DNA from: Macrostomum lignano
Lineage: Eukaryota
Assembly (NCBI GenBank): GCA_002269645.1
Contig: NIVC01000441.1
Location: 186,001 to 250,000, forward strand
Direction of reading: 5' to 3'
DNA length: 64,000 nucleotides
The stretch's first letter is position 1. Each line of letters starts with the position of its first letter. The translations under genes were made by a program, and so were the position numbers. Positions 1 through 22,660 of the stretch are shown here, in pieces. The notes beneath the pieces are model-generated. The model searched no databases and was not told where the DNA came from. It saw nothing but the letters and a program-made list of their open reading frames with translations.

Positions 1-150
1 GACAGGCAGACAGACAGGCAGACAGACAGACAGACAGACAGAGAGACAATCACACAGACAGACAATCACACAGACAAACAGACAGACACAAACGATCGTA
101 AACAGACAGACATTACTTATAGCCAGCAGCAGTTTGCAACTGAGAAAGTC
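1..150. repeat. (GACA)n/(CACA) microsatellite, truncated by the window edge, followed by a short hairpin (CAGTT-TGC-AACTG); possibly the end of a Helentron/HINE-like element
   Basis: Microsatellite is seen directly at 1-115. The element interpretation rests only on the microsatellite plus hairpin layout. Confidence 0.6.
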
Positions 151-409
151 CGGAAGCTCCATTGCATGCTTCCCTGAATAAGTTGCACACTCATTTCCCG
201 CTTTCATATCAGGTAATATTAAAAGCCTCTTTCAAGAATTTTTTTGACTTCTGAATCCCATTTCGAAGTCGCAATCCGAAAGAAAAACTTCTCCATGCTG
301 TGCTGGGTTGAGTTACTTGAATTATTACGAATTTCCTGGCTTTAAAGTTAACCTGTTGAAACGCAAAAATCGACAGGAAATTAAAATTATTAGCCTTGAT
401 AAAGTTGAA

Positions 410-532
410 GGCAGTGTCGATGGACTCAATGGCAGCGTCGGTGGAGTCAATGGCAGTGTCGGTGGAGTCAATGGCAGCGTCGGTGGAGTCAATGGCAGTG
501 TCGGTGAAGTCAATGGCAGCGTCGGTGAAGTC
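410..532. repeat. 21-bp minisatellite (GTCAATGGCAGYGTCGGTGRA), about 5.5 copies
   Basis: Direct tandem units; they explain the spurious ORFs at 209-632. Confidence 0.9.
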
Positions 533-859
533 TGGGACAGACAGACAGTCTGGCAAGTCTGAGACAGTCACTTCATGTCTGAGTTGTATTGTCATTAAAA
601 ATAAAACGAAACTCTTCACCCGCTACTTGTGAGTAGGAAGACAGTACTTGAACGAAAAAAGAAAGAAATAACAAAACAAAATAATCAGTTTGAAGTTTTT
701 TGTCTCCAAAGACAGGCCGCGCAGATCCAGAGGCCCAGATAGAAGGGTTTCATTGAATTTTTTATTCAGCAGCCATCAAAATGATTGAACAGCGCGCACC
801 AAACACCAACCAGGCCGATTATAATCAAACGAACGGTCTCTCTTGTATCAATTTGACAA

Positions 860-1883
860 TTAGTTGGTGAATCCGCGCGAAGCCCGGCGGCCGCGGGCCT
901 TCTCAAATTTGCGACCCTTGGACCGGACCACCGGCTTAGTGTGCGAGTGCGGCACTCCCGGCGGCCGGCCGAAATGCCGCTGGGCGGCCCGCTTCCTCGT
1001 GCCCTGCACCAGCAGCGTGTTCTGGCCTTTGGGGGCCCGTCTGGCCAGCTCGTCGAAGGTGATGATCTCGCCGCCGGCAGCTAGCAGCCGGGCGCGGGCC
1101 TTCTCGGTTACGCGGAGCGCGCACAGGGTCACCTGGATTGGGCGGAGAGGAGGCCGGGAGAGTGCAGCGTAAGTGCAGTCTGTAATTTATGCTGCTCTAA
1201 TTAATGCGCCAGAGGCCCAGGCTCGTGCAATTAACGCCTTTGAAGCCCAGTGAAGTGTACATGCCTTTGAACAAAGTTTTCTTGAGCCAAGACACTCAAA
1301 TCTACACTGCTTCAGTTCACCCAGCTGTAAAATGTGTGCCAGCATTAGCTGGGGTAATTGAGGGTGTGTGGCGACCCCACCAGTGCTTGGACTGAACAGC
1401 CGTACGCAGCTTTAGCTGCGGCTGAGCTGTCAGGGACACAACTGGCCCAGTTGGGGCAGGTGTAATCAATATTAATTATTATAAATGCGAAATGCGATTC
1501 AAATTCAGTATTCCGTTATTTGTTGCCTCCCCAACAGGGGGTGCGGCAAACATTACTAGTATAAGCACTGAAGTTAAACAAACAACACAAACCTTCGGCA
1601 CTGTCTGCACCCGGGAATCGTTAGTAACTGTGCCAACTGTGACAACAATGCGACCCTCCCGATTCGGCTTGCGCAGCATGCGGCCAAGGCGGGCCAGAGA
1701 CAGGGGGCCGCGATTGGCCCGGCTCATGAACAGGCGGCGCAGGATGATTTTGTTAAACTTGGCGCCAGTCCGGCGGGCCAGAAAACGGTAGAGTTTCACC
1801 AGCAGGCGCAGATAGACGTCGTCGGATTTTGGATTGGTGCGGCGCACCTTGCGGTCATTCTTGTGGCAGATGTCGACGCCCAT
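860..1883 (-). CDS. RPL18: 60S ribosomal protein L18 (eL18), 187 aa
   Basis: Exons 1883-1593 and 1132-860 with a GT-AG phase-0 intron (AAG|gtttgt ... caatccag|GTG). Translation [15 protein letters not shown]...[16 protein letters not shown]...[30 protein letters not shown] matches eL18. Minus-strand AATAAA at 761-766. Confidence 0.97.
1165..1483 (+). mobile_element. Degenerate/chimeric SINE in the RPL18 intron (family B-like body fused to family A CORE-like 3' part)
   Basis: 1281-1480 aligns by eye to 2370-2585. 1165-1266 shares AAGTGCAGTC, GCTCGTG(C/T)AATTAACG and CAGTGAAGTGTACATGCCT with the family B copies at 5.3 and 9.6 kb. Confidence 0.7.
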
Positions 1884-2275
1884 GGCATCAAAATTGGGTA
1901 ATTTAGATCTAATGCACTGATGCTAGTCAAGGACCACTGTAATATAGCAGGACATAAGGCTCAAAGATTAAGTTTTTGGAGGCCAATTTCCTGGCAAAAA
2001 ATCACTTTTTTATCACCCAATCAATGATTGCATTTGATCTGGGGCAGTGAAGATTACCATTCTTTTAATTTATTACACTTTAGCATGCTATACTGGTATA
2101 TTTTTGTATAGCTATGCAGTGAAAGTTTAATTTCCATATTATTTTTTTTTATTTCATAAGCCCCAAAGTTGTAAATAGTTGCAAGTGACATTAGCTTAAC
2201 TTGTTCCTTCTTGAACTAGTATATTTATAATATAATGTTGCACACAGGTACTCTTAAGCCATTATTGTAGGTATG

Positions 2276-2589
2276 TAGCCTAGGAGCTTATAGCCTAGTA
2301 CTTAGAGCATCAGACTCATGACTTGAAGGTTGGGGGTTCAATTCCCAATCCCACTGGAACAATTTGTGTCCTTAAGCAAGACACTTAACTCTGCATTGCT
2401 TCAGTTCACCCAGCTATAAAATGGGTGCCAGCATTAGCTGAGGTAATTGAAGATGTGTGTGGCAACCCCCCTCCAAGTCCTTAGACTCAACAGAAGTACA
2501 TAGCCTTTAGATACACCATGCAATAGCTGTGGCTGAGCTGTTAGCGGCACATCTGGCCCAATTGGGGCAGGTGTAATCAATTATTATTG
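2276..2589 (+). mobile_element. tRNA-derived SINE family A with a CORE (MIR-like) central domain
   Basis: A-box-like TAGCCTAGTACTTAGAG and B-box GGTTCAATTCC; central GTGTCCTTAAGCAAGACACTTAAC...TCAGTT...TATAAAATGGG; (ATT)n tail; 10-bp TSD TGTAGGTATG at 2266-2275 and 2590-2599. Confidence 0.8.
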
Positions 2590-3880
2590 TGTAGGTATGA
2601 TAATCCCAGTTCAATGCATATTTGTTCCTATATATATTCCTGTATACACTTTGCTTTGGGGAAATTTCCTTGTTATTTTTATCATCTAAGCTTTTTCTCT
2701 TGCTTAAGTCATTTTAGTTTTTAATGATTTTGTTCTATATACTCTACTTTAATAGTAAATATCATTTAATTGGATAGGAACTACAAACTTTCATAGAAAA
2801 TAATTAAATGAATAAAAGTAAATAATTGCTATTTTTTAAAATGAGAATATATTATGCCAAGGTATAAGTGCCAGCATTCCTAACAACTATTTGTTTTGCC
2901 TATAAATCTTTTTGGCTATAGACATTTTGCCCCTAGACTATTTTGCCCATAGACCATTTTGGTCATGGACTATTTTGCCTCTAAGCCAAGTCGACTAGTT
3001 TGGCCAAGGTGGCAACAAATGCCCAAATTTGGAGAAAGTTTAAAGTTTTTTATAGTATTCATATTTATAGTGTAATTGAGTAATTGAATATAATTGAGTG
3101 ATTGAGAATTTAATTAATTATTTCTTTTAGTATTTTTGGTTTTACTTTGTTTGTAAATAAAACCATTTTAAATGGCTTATTATGCTTTTAAAAAGAAATG
3201 ATTTTCTTAGAAAAAACTCATATTAATTCATAATCATAATAAACATAATCATAAAAACTTATGTTATAGCAAATATTCTTTTTGATTACACATTTAAACT
3301 AGGCCCTAAAAATTAGCACTGTTTTAATAGGCCTAATAGCTTGGGGAATATCCAAACATGCTAAAATCAACTTCTCAGGTAATGAAAGTTCCAAAAACAT
3401 TGAAAAAATAGTTTAACAAATGATTTGACTTTGAGAAGAATGCCTTAAATCATCTGATACATAGCCTAGGCCCTAAAATTCTACAAACTTCAAGGCTCAA
3501 GCCCCGCCCCTAAGGCAATTATCTTCCAAAAGAAAACCAAATGGCATATCAAGCATCATCTGTTGGCATGTCAGTGAAATTAACACTGGGTCTGAAAAGG
3601 GCTAATTTTATGTGCGAGCAGGCTGGAGCAGCTAGATATCGAATTAACTGAGCCGCTCGCAACTATTCCTGAGCGACCGACCGACACAATTTGCCGACAA
3701 AATGCCACACCACACACACAAAATCACAAAAATAGAAATGTAAACAATTAAACAAGTATAATTTAAAACAAAATTTAAATATTTTTAGGAAAAAGAAATC
3801 CCGTAGTTACTTCTTTCAACTTAAGAAAAATTTTTATCTACTGATATTACAGCATATTAAGTTAATTATTTTGTGGGCAA

Positions 3881-3941
3881 AAAATGCCGGTTGACGAAAT
3901 GCCGGTTGACGAAATGCCGGTTGACGAAATGTCCGGTCACC
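3881..3941. repeat. 15-bp tandem repeat AAATGCCGGTTGACG x3 plus a degenerate fourth unit
   Basis: Seen directly in the RPL18-PCYT2 divergent spacer. Confidence 0.8.
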
Positions 3942-4728
3942 GGGCGCGGGAACCATTGTTCTTCTCATAAATCCGGGATGGCGTATACAGCAGTGACGAT
4001 TGTCGAGTTGAGTCGCAATGAAATGCTAAATGAAAAGCTCTAAGAATTCCCGGGAGTGATTTCCAAAGTAACAGTAGCTCACTAACCCAGCTTCACTAAC
4101 CCAGTGGCATTGCAACGTGCATCTGATTTATAAAAGCATCTGATTATACTCCCCTTATCGCCGTTATGTTACCTGCAAGTACTACTCCATGTATTGCTTG
4201 CTTTCAAATTCACTTTTTATATCCAAAATGCTGCGCTACAGTATAGTGACAAATAGAAAACCTATAAGCGATTTTTATTTTGATATTTGTGGGCGATACT
4301 AATATTTCAACATGAATTTGGCACAATTGGGAAGTCCAATCAGATTTTGTATGTTTGCGGGATTTGCCTGTCTCAGAACTTTTCGGCTGCTAGAAAGATA
4401 TATCTTCAGGCATAGCCCATATTCCAAAAATATTTTTGTGGCAATGGCAATACTCTTAGCCATGCCGCATGCATCGTGCATGTAGAGAGAAGACTATACG
4501 AGAGAGGGATATTTGCAATCGTGATTTACCTACCAAACGCAGTACGCTTTTATTATCGTGGCGTTCTAAGAGTCAGTTTGGCGCGATTTCAACTTTAAAC
4601 TATATTTTCGGAATTGACCGGTCCGAGTAGAGTAAAGCTCTTTAGATTAAAAAATAGGCTCTAGCAGTAAAAGTTAAATTCACTTTTTGGTTTTTGTCAA
4701 CTTAACTTTAACTTCTATCCGTAGGAAA

Positions 4729-15963
<11,235 letters not shown>

Positions 15964-16759
15964 ATTTTCTCTTGCAGCTCGAATGCTATTGAAATAACAA
16001 ACTGCTTTGTCAATGACTGTTAAAAATTAATAATCCTACAGACTAGTGATCTGTTAACTTTTTTTCTAGATTTTATTTCCAATTCTCAGTCATCTTTGCC
16101 AAAAATTTTAATAATTCTAACAGTTTTAGGTTAAAAATAAAAAGTTTTTCATTTCTAGAACAAGCGATTCGTACTACTAATCAACCGACTCGCTGCTTAA
16201 GTAGTCAGTTTCGATCAATTAGTGTATTTTTGCTTTATTTTGCAGCAAAGTTTTCATCGCCGCTTATTGCAACTCGTGGTGCGCGGTGCCCCAGCGTTCC
16301 TTTGTACTTTTAATCACTTAATCCTGGTATTTTATTTTATCCACGTTTTATGCGCACAGAACAATAGCACGAAGATGTTTCATTGAGTAAATACGCTTTC
16401 TGAATGATATCTGGCAGTAAATATTTAATATTTAAGCATAACAACAAATATCGACTCCGATTAGCTATGTGAATTCTCTCTGGCTTTTCTTTTTTAACTC
16501 TCCCTGCCCATTTATTTAACATTCATTTATATGCTCTTTTTTTTGTACTATTTAGTCAAAATATTAACTTTTTTACTGAATTAAAGTTTTCTTAACCGTA
16601 TTGTCTGTATTAAATTCGATATAAATATAATTATCTACTAGTGACTTCTCCAAGGAAATTTGCTTTAAGTAGAACATTTTCTATTCCTCTTAGTTTTTAA
16701 ATATAGAAAATTATAAGGTTGCGGTGAGTGGGGCTGGGTTGAAGAGAGGGTCGAGTTGA

Positions 16760-17079
16760 GCGGCTGGGGTGGAGGGGCTGGGGTGAAGGGGCTGGGGTGA
16801 AGGGGCTGGCACCAAGGGGCTGGGGTGAAGGGGCTGGGGTGAAGGGGCTCGGATGAAGGGGCTGGGGTGAAGGGGCTGGGGTGAAGGGGCTGAGATGAAG
16901 GGGCTGGGGTGAAGGGGCTGGGGTGAAGGGGCTGAGATGAAGGGGCTGGGGTGAAGGGGCTGGGGTGAAGGGGCTGAGATGAAGGGGCTGGGGTGAAGGG
17001 GCTGGGGTGAAGGAGCTGGGGTGAAGGGGCTGGGGTGAAGGGGCTGGCACCAAGGGGCTGGGGTGAAGGGGCTGGGGTG
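16760..17079. repeat. 14-bp G-rich minisatellite (GGGGCTGGGGTGAA), left part
   Basis: Tandem units interrupted by the LTR element. Confidence 0.95.
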
Positions 17080-17494
17080 TGTAGTAACTGAGTCAGAGGC
17101 CGTGTTTGCTGTGTAGCCAAACTCTTACAAATCTCGCCGCGCTGGGCACGAGTCTATATATTATGGAGTTAGAATTGGGGTGGCGGCACCCACCCCACTC
17201 CGCAGCCAATCAGACTGCCCGGGCGTACCATACTGTGCGTACGCACACTACATCTCTCCCCTTTCGAATAGAGACTGAGAGAGAAGAAAATCGATCTAAA
17301 CGTAACTCGAAAATACAAAGTTCGAAAGATTCACCGATGATGCGCATTGAAAATGGAGATTAAAATATTGAGGAAATAAAATATTTGAATTGAATGCAGC
17401 AAAAACGTAAAAAAACTTCAGTCCGCATATTACGGAAAAGAAAGTCAGTTAATTTCAGTCATTGCAGGATTTCAATTTCAGTCCTTGTAGATTT

Positions 17495-20400
17495 TCACGC
17501 CCGCCCGAGCAGCGCGGGGTGCGGGCGCAGCGCCACGGGGGAGGCGGGTGGATCTCGGGCCGCCTCGCCCGAAGCTCTCGGTGCAGCGGTCTGCGTCTGG
17601 GCGCCGGCGTCGGCCAAGTCGGGGCTGACGACTTTGACCGCCGTGCAGTGCCGCCAGCAGGTCGTGCCGTCCCGGCGTAGCAGCAGCGAGTTGCCGGCCA
17701 CCCGCTGGACTGTCCAGGCACCGCTCTCGAATGGCGTCTGCGTCTTGCTGGCACCGACCCGCCGTCGTAGCACCGAGTCGCCGACCTGGACGTCGTGCCG
17801 CCGTGGTCGCCTTTTTGCGTCCGTGTGCTGCTTCATCGCCGCCTTGGCGCCAGCGTCGGCTTCTCACAGCCGCTGCTCGTTGATGCGGACTCGCTGGGAC
17901 GGCCGGGCGGCGGGGATGATGTCGTTTGGCAGCCGGCCCATCAGCAGCTCGGCTGGTGCGCGCCCGGTGGCCGTGTGCGGCGTGTTCCTGTAGGCCAGCA
18001 GCCACTCGTCCAGAGCGGTCCTCCAGTCCTGCCGCTCCTCGATGGCTGCTCGCACGACTTTGTTGATGGAGCGGTTCAGTCGCTCTGTCATGCCGTTGGC
18101 CGCTGGGTAGTAGGGCGTGATGAGGCGGTGCTTGATCCCGTAGCTCGCCAGGAACCGGCCGAACTCCTTGGACGAGAAGGGTGGTCCATTATCTGTCATG
18201 AGCTCCTGTGGGATCCCGAAGCGGGCGAACATCTCTCGCAGGCGGGGAATCAATGCCTCGGCCGTCGTCGTCTGCATGAGCTGCACCTCCGGAAACCTTG
18301 AGTAGCGGTCCACGCACACCAGCAGCATGTTGTTGTTGATGGGTCCCACGAAATCGGCGCCGATCGACAGCCAGGCGCCCGCGGGGATCGGCGTCGGCTG
18401 CAGAGGCGTGGCCCGGACGGCTGGCGTGTGCGACGTGACGGCGCAGCTGCGCCATCGACTGACGAATTCCTCCGCTTGAGTTGCCATCCTCGGCCACCAG
18501 ACCTTCGTGCAGAGTCTGGCGATCGTCTTCTGCGAGCACTGGTGCCCTTCATGCGCTAATTGGAGCACCTGCTGCCGCAGATCAGCTGGCACGACGATTC
18601 GGTGGTGTCGAAGGAGGACCCCGTCAACCGCAGACAGCTCCTCTCGCAGCGCGTGGAGCGAGCGCATCTCGGGATTGGAGCGATCCCACCGACCGCCTTG
18701 CGTCGCCGCTATCGCCGCCCGGATGACTGGGTCGCTGGCAGAGCTCTTGCGGATGTCTTGGAGTGTCAGCGCCATCGGCACAGCCGCCTGCGCTACCTCG
18801 TTGATGTAGGCCTCCCTCCGCTGCTCGCCAAAACTTCCGTCGTGCTCGCTTAGGGGCTGCCTGCTGAGTACATCTGCAGCATTGGAGGCTCCCGGCTGAT
18901 ACTCGACCTTGAACACTAGGTGCTGGATCCTCAGCGCCATTCGCTCGACTCGTGGAGGCGGCCGCGACCCAGGCGCGAACATGGCCGTCAGCGGCTTGTG
19001 ATCAGAGACCACTGTGAACTGGGGCGATCCATGCAGGTAGTACTCAAACTTCAGGCAGCCGAACTTCACGGCGAGTGCCTCTTTCTCGGTCTGCGAATAT
19101 CGCCGCTCGACATCGGAGAGGGTCCGGCTGGCGTATGCAACCGGCCTTGAGCTGCCGTCGCGCTGCACCTGCGCCAGGATGGCGCCCAGTCCGGTCGGCC
19201 CCGCGTCCACAATCAGCTGCGTGTGTAGCCGCTTGTCGTAAAAAGCCAGCGTTGTCGGCTCCGCGATGCTGCGCTTCAGCTGCTCAAAGGCGCTGGCCTG
19301 GTCGGCGCCCCACTGCCAGTCGACGGTCTTCCTGGTCAGGCGCCGCAGCGGCTCCGCCAACTTGGCCAGCTGTGGCGTGAACACGGCGAAGTAGTACACG
19401 AGGCCCAGGAATGAGCGAAGCTGCCCAATCGACTCGGGCTCCTTGAAGTCTTGAACGGCGGCGACCTTGCTCTCCGTGGCCTGGACCCCTTCCGCCGTGA
19501 GCCGCATTCCCATGAACTCGATGCTGCTGCGCGCCAGTCGGCATTTCCGAGCGTTCAGCGTGATGCCATGCTGCGCCAGGCGGGCCAGACATGCCTCGAG
19601 GCTGCTGTTGTGCTCCGCCATCGTGCGGCCGAACACGACCACGTCGTCGTGGATCCATTTGACGTTGGGCAGGCCTGCCAGCACTCGACTCATCACATTC
19701 TGCAGGATCTCCTGGGAGGTGGACAGGCCCATGCACAGCCGGGTGAGACGGCGAAGCCCGCGAGGCGTCGAGAATGTTAGCAGGTTGCGGCATTTCTCGG
19801 CGACAGGCACCTGGTAGAACGCCTTCGCGATGTCCAGCTCTGAGAACACAGTGCTGCCAGCCATGTCCCCGGTCACCTCCTCGAAAGTCGGAATCTGGTG
19901 TCGCTCGCGGATGACAAAGCGGTTGACATCGCGTAGGTCCTGCGTGATGCGCACCTCGCCCGGCTCCTTCTTGGGCACGACGACCATCCGCGCGACCCAC
20001 GGCGCCGGGCCGTTGACGGGCTCAATGATCCCGAGCTGCTCTAACAACTGCAGTTCCTTGTCCACCGTGTCTGCCAGGTGGATCGGCACCTTCGAAGGCG
20101 CATGGCAGACCGGGCGGGCGCTGTCGGTGAGGTGGATGTCGGCAGGCGGCCCGGTGAAGCAGCCGATTCCGCTGAACACGCTGGCGTGCTTGCGCAGCAC
20201 CCTGCCGATGTCCTCGACGTGTCCTTGAGGCACTCCGCTGGATCTCGTGCCGCTGAGAAGGACATCGACCGCCGCCTCCGCTTCAGCGACCTGCAGCACC
20301 TGCTGTCCGGCTGTCGGTGGTGGCCCGACCCGCAAGATGTCCATCTGAGTGGCCGTCTGCCTGCCGATGATGGTGATGCCTCTCCCTTCGACGACGTGGA

Positions 20401-20851
20401 ACGTGGCGACTGCCTGCCGGCCGAAAATGCGGACGTCCATCGCCGCCTTGCCCAGCAGCTGCATCGGCCTGTCCGACCCGTACGCGAACAGCCTGTCCGA
20501 GGTGGTCTGCAGGTGCGGCCGCTGTCTCAGACTCTCGAACGTGGCCCGGTTGATCACATTTCGAGCCGCACCGCTGTCGATCAACACCGACAGTCTGGAG
20601 CCGTTGATCTCGGCTATTGTGTGGGCCGACTGCTCACCCTGATCGACCTCGAACACGCCGGAGTCCGGGTGGTCCACCTTCTGGTAGCTGGTCTCGCTTG
20701 CAGCGTTGCGACGGCGTCGGCGCCGCTCTGCGGGGCGCCCTGCTTGGACCTGCAGGCTCGCGCGAAGTGGCCCGGCTTCCCGCACTTTCTGCAGCTCTTG
20801 CCCTGCGCTGCGGTGCACGTGGGTCGCCCTGGCCTGCCGCAGCGATCGCAC
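17495..20851 (-). pseudogene. Retrotransposon pol frame (PR, RT, RNase H, integrase) with an in-frame TGA at 17866-17864
   Basis: PR LIDSGA; RT IHDD; RH VDAGPTGLGA / TEKEALA / SDHKPL; IN D-D-E (GADF, TDNG, TERLNR). The IN C-terminal region (MKQHTDAKRR...VGDSVL) continues in the same frame after the stop. The N-terminal His/Cys motif reads HEGH...WRSC. The ORF-track start at 20851 is not the real start. Confidence 0.88.
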
Positions 20852-21480
20852 GATACGTGCTGCGTTGGTGTCTGCGGCATCTGTGGCTTCTGGTCTCTTC
20901 TGACTGCTGCGAGCTGCTGCGGTTCCCCTGGTCTGTCGCTCTCCATCGCGGTGGCCTGCTGCTCCGCGGCTTCTTTCGCCCTCGCCTTTTTGAGCACATC
21001 TGCCAGGGAGATATTGTTGGTCTGCAAGAAGTCTCTCCTGAGTCTCTCAGATTCGCAGTAGGCGACGATTTTGTCACGGATCAGCGAGTTTCTGAGGGTC
21101 CCGAACTCACACGGCTCCGCCGCCTTGCGCAGACGCTGATACCACTGGTCGATCTGCTCGCCAGGCTGCTGTCTGCAGGTCTCAAACTTGAAACGCAGGA
21201 ACACAATGTTATTCTTCCCGTCCCAGAACGTCTGGATGTTTTTCGCAAGGCTGCTGTAGTCCTCTCCAGAGGCGATCTCGTTTTCTTCGACTATAGCCTG
21301 CAGCTCCTCTCCTGCGGCGTACAGCAGCAGCTGCTGCCCTCGAGTCTTGTCGGTGATTCCAGCTGCATTGATGTACGTGGCGAAGCGACGAGTCCATGCA
21401 GTCCAGCGCTGTGCTGTGGAGTGGCAGTCGCTATCGATTGTAAACGGCCCGGGTGGCGCGAGTGAAATTTGCTGAGTCAT
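20614..21480 (-). CDS. Retrotransposon Gag, 288 aa as read
   Basis: ATG about 30 nt after the 5' LTR; WTAWTRRFATYINAAGI capsid-like start; zinc knuckle CRKCGKPGHFARAC preceded by a degenerate CDRCG knuckle; overlaps pol, which is in the -1 frame. Confidence 0.85.
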   Translation of the reverse strand: MTQQISLAPPGPFTIDSDCHSTAQRWTAWTRRFATYINAAGITDKTRGQQLLLYAAGEELQAIVEENEIASGEDYSSLAKNIQTFWDGKNNIVFLRFKFETCRQQPGEQIDQWYQRLRKAAEPCEFGTLRNSLIRDKIVAYCESERLRRDFLQTNNISLADVLKKARAKEAAEQQATAMESDRPGEPQQLAAVRRDQKPQMPQTPTQHVSCDRCGRPGRPTCTAAQGKSCRKCGKPGHFARACRSKQGAPQSGADAVATLQARPATRRWTTRTPACSRSIRVSSRPTQ

Positions 21481-21685
21481 GATTTTTAAAGGTTCAGTTC
21501 TTGCGACGCCATTGTAGTAACTGAGTCAGAGGCCGTGTTTGCTGTGTAGCCAAACTCTTACAAATCTCGCCGCGCTGGGCACGAGTCTATATATTATGGA
21601 GTTAGAATTGGGGTGGCGGCACCCACCCCACTCCGCAGCCAATCAGACTGCCCGGGCGTACCATACTGTGCGTACGCACACTACA

Positions 21686-22336
21686 GGGTGAAGGAGCTGG
21701 GGTGAAGGGGCTGGGGTGAAGGGGCTCGGATGAAGGGGCTGGGGTGAAGGGGCTGGGGTGAAGGGGCTGGGGTGAAGGGGCTGGGGTGAAGGGGCTCGGG
21801 TGAAGGGGCTGAGATGAAGGGGCTGGGGTGAAGGAGCTGGAGTGAAGGGGCTGGGGTGAAGGGGCTCGGGTGAAGGGGCTGGGGTGAAGGGGCTGGGGTG
21901 AAGGGGCTGGGGTGAGGGGCTTAAGTGAAGGGGCTGGGTGAAGGGGCTGGGGTGAAGGGGCTGGGGTGAAGGGGCTGGGGTGAGGGGCTTAAGTGAAGGG
22001 GCTGGGTTGAAGGGGCTGGGGTGAAGGGGCTCGGGTGAAGGAGCTGGGGTGAAGGGGCTCGCGTGAAGGGGCTCGGGTGAAGGAGCTGGGGTGAAGGGGC
22101 TCGCGTGAAGGGGCTGGGTGAAGGAACTGGGGTGAAGGGGCTGGGGTGAAGGGGCTGGGGTGAAGGGGCTGGGGTGAAGGGCTGGGGTGAAGGAACTGGG
22201 GTGAAGGGGCTGGGTGAAGGAACTGGGGTGAAGGGGCTGGGGTGAAGGGGCTGGGGTGAAGAAACTGGAGTGAAGGGGCTGGGGTGAAGGGGCTCGGGTG
22301 AAGGAACTGGGGTGAAGGGTGAAGGGGCTGGGGTGA
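21686..22336. repeat. 14-bp G-rich minisatellite, right part
   Basis: Same unit as 16760-17079. Confidence 0.95.
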
Positions 22337-22660
22337 AGATAATAAACAGTCTGACGCTCAGAATTGATTTCTAAATTTCTGAAATTGATCTGGTTACGGC
22401 AGCGTGAGCAAGAATCTCAATGCCCCGCAAATGTGTTCTCTGTACACAAACAAGAAGGCCAAAACTGTGCTCTCAGTGAACTTTAGAGATTTGCACAAAA
22501 ATTACTTATTAAATTTTTCTAGCGATAAGGCGCCGATAAATTTGTTCACAAGAGACGAAAAGATCTGCAAGTGTCCAAAATTTTAAGCACTAGTTTTAAT
22601 TAAAGTTCTCGCAGACCGCAGCAGGAGCGAAAGCCCTCAGCAACCCAACGGTGCAGGCAA

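Larger units (their letters stand above)
17080..21685 (-). mobile_element. Full-length Ty3/gypsy LTR retrotransposon (Mag-like gag with a double Cys-rich knuckle region), 4606 bp
   Basis: LTRs 17080-17252 and 21513-21685 (173 bp, TG...CA, identical by eye); 5-bp TSD GGGTG; PBS-like TGGCGTCGCAAG at 21511-21500; PPT at 17253-17263; domain order gag-PR-RT-RH-IN; no env ORF. Confidence 0.97.

Noticed and set aside
1133-1592. Intronic snoRNA in RPL18
   Set aside because: No C box (RTGATGA) on the sense strand; the intron is mostly SINE-derived. H/ACA not formally tested.
17478-21465. Many alternative-frame and antisense ORFs over the retrotransposon, including a possible env-like 175-aa ORF
   Set aside because: Expected shadows of GC-rich coding sequence; no hydrophobic or env features.
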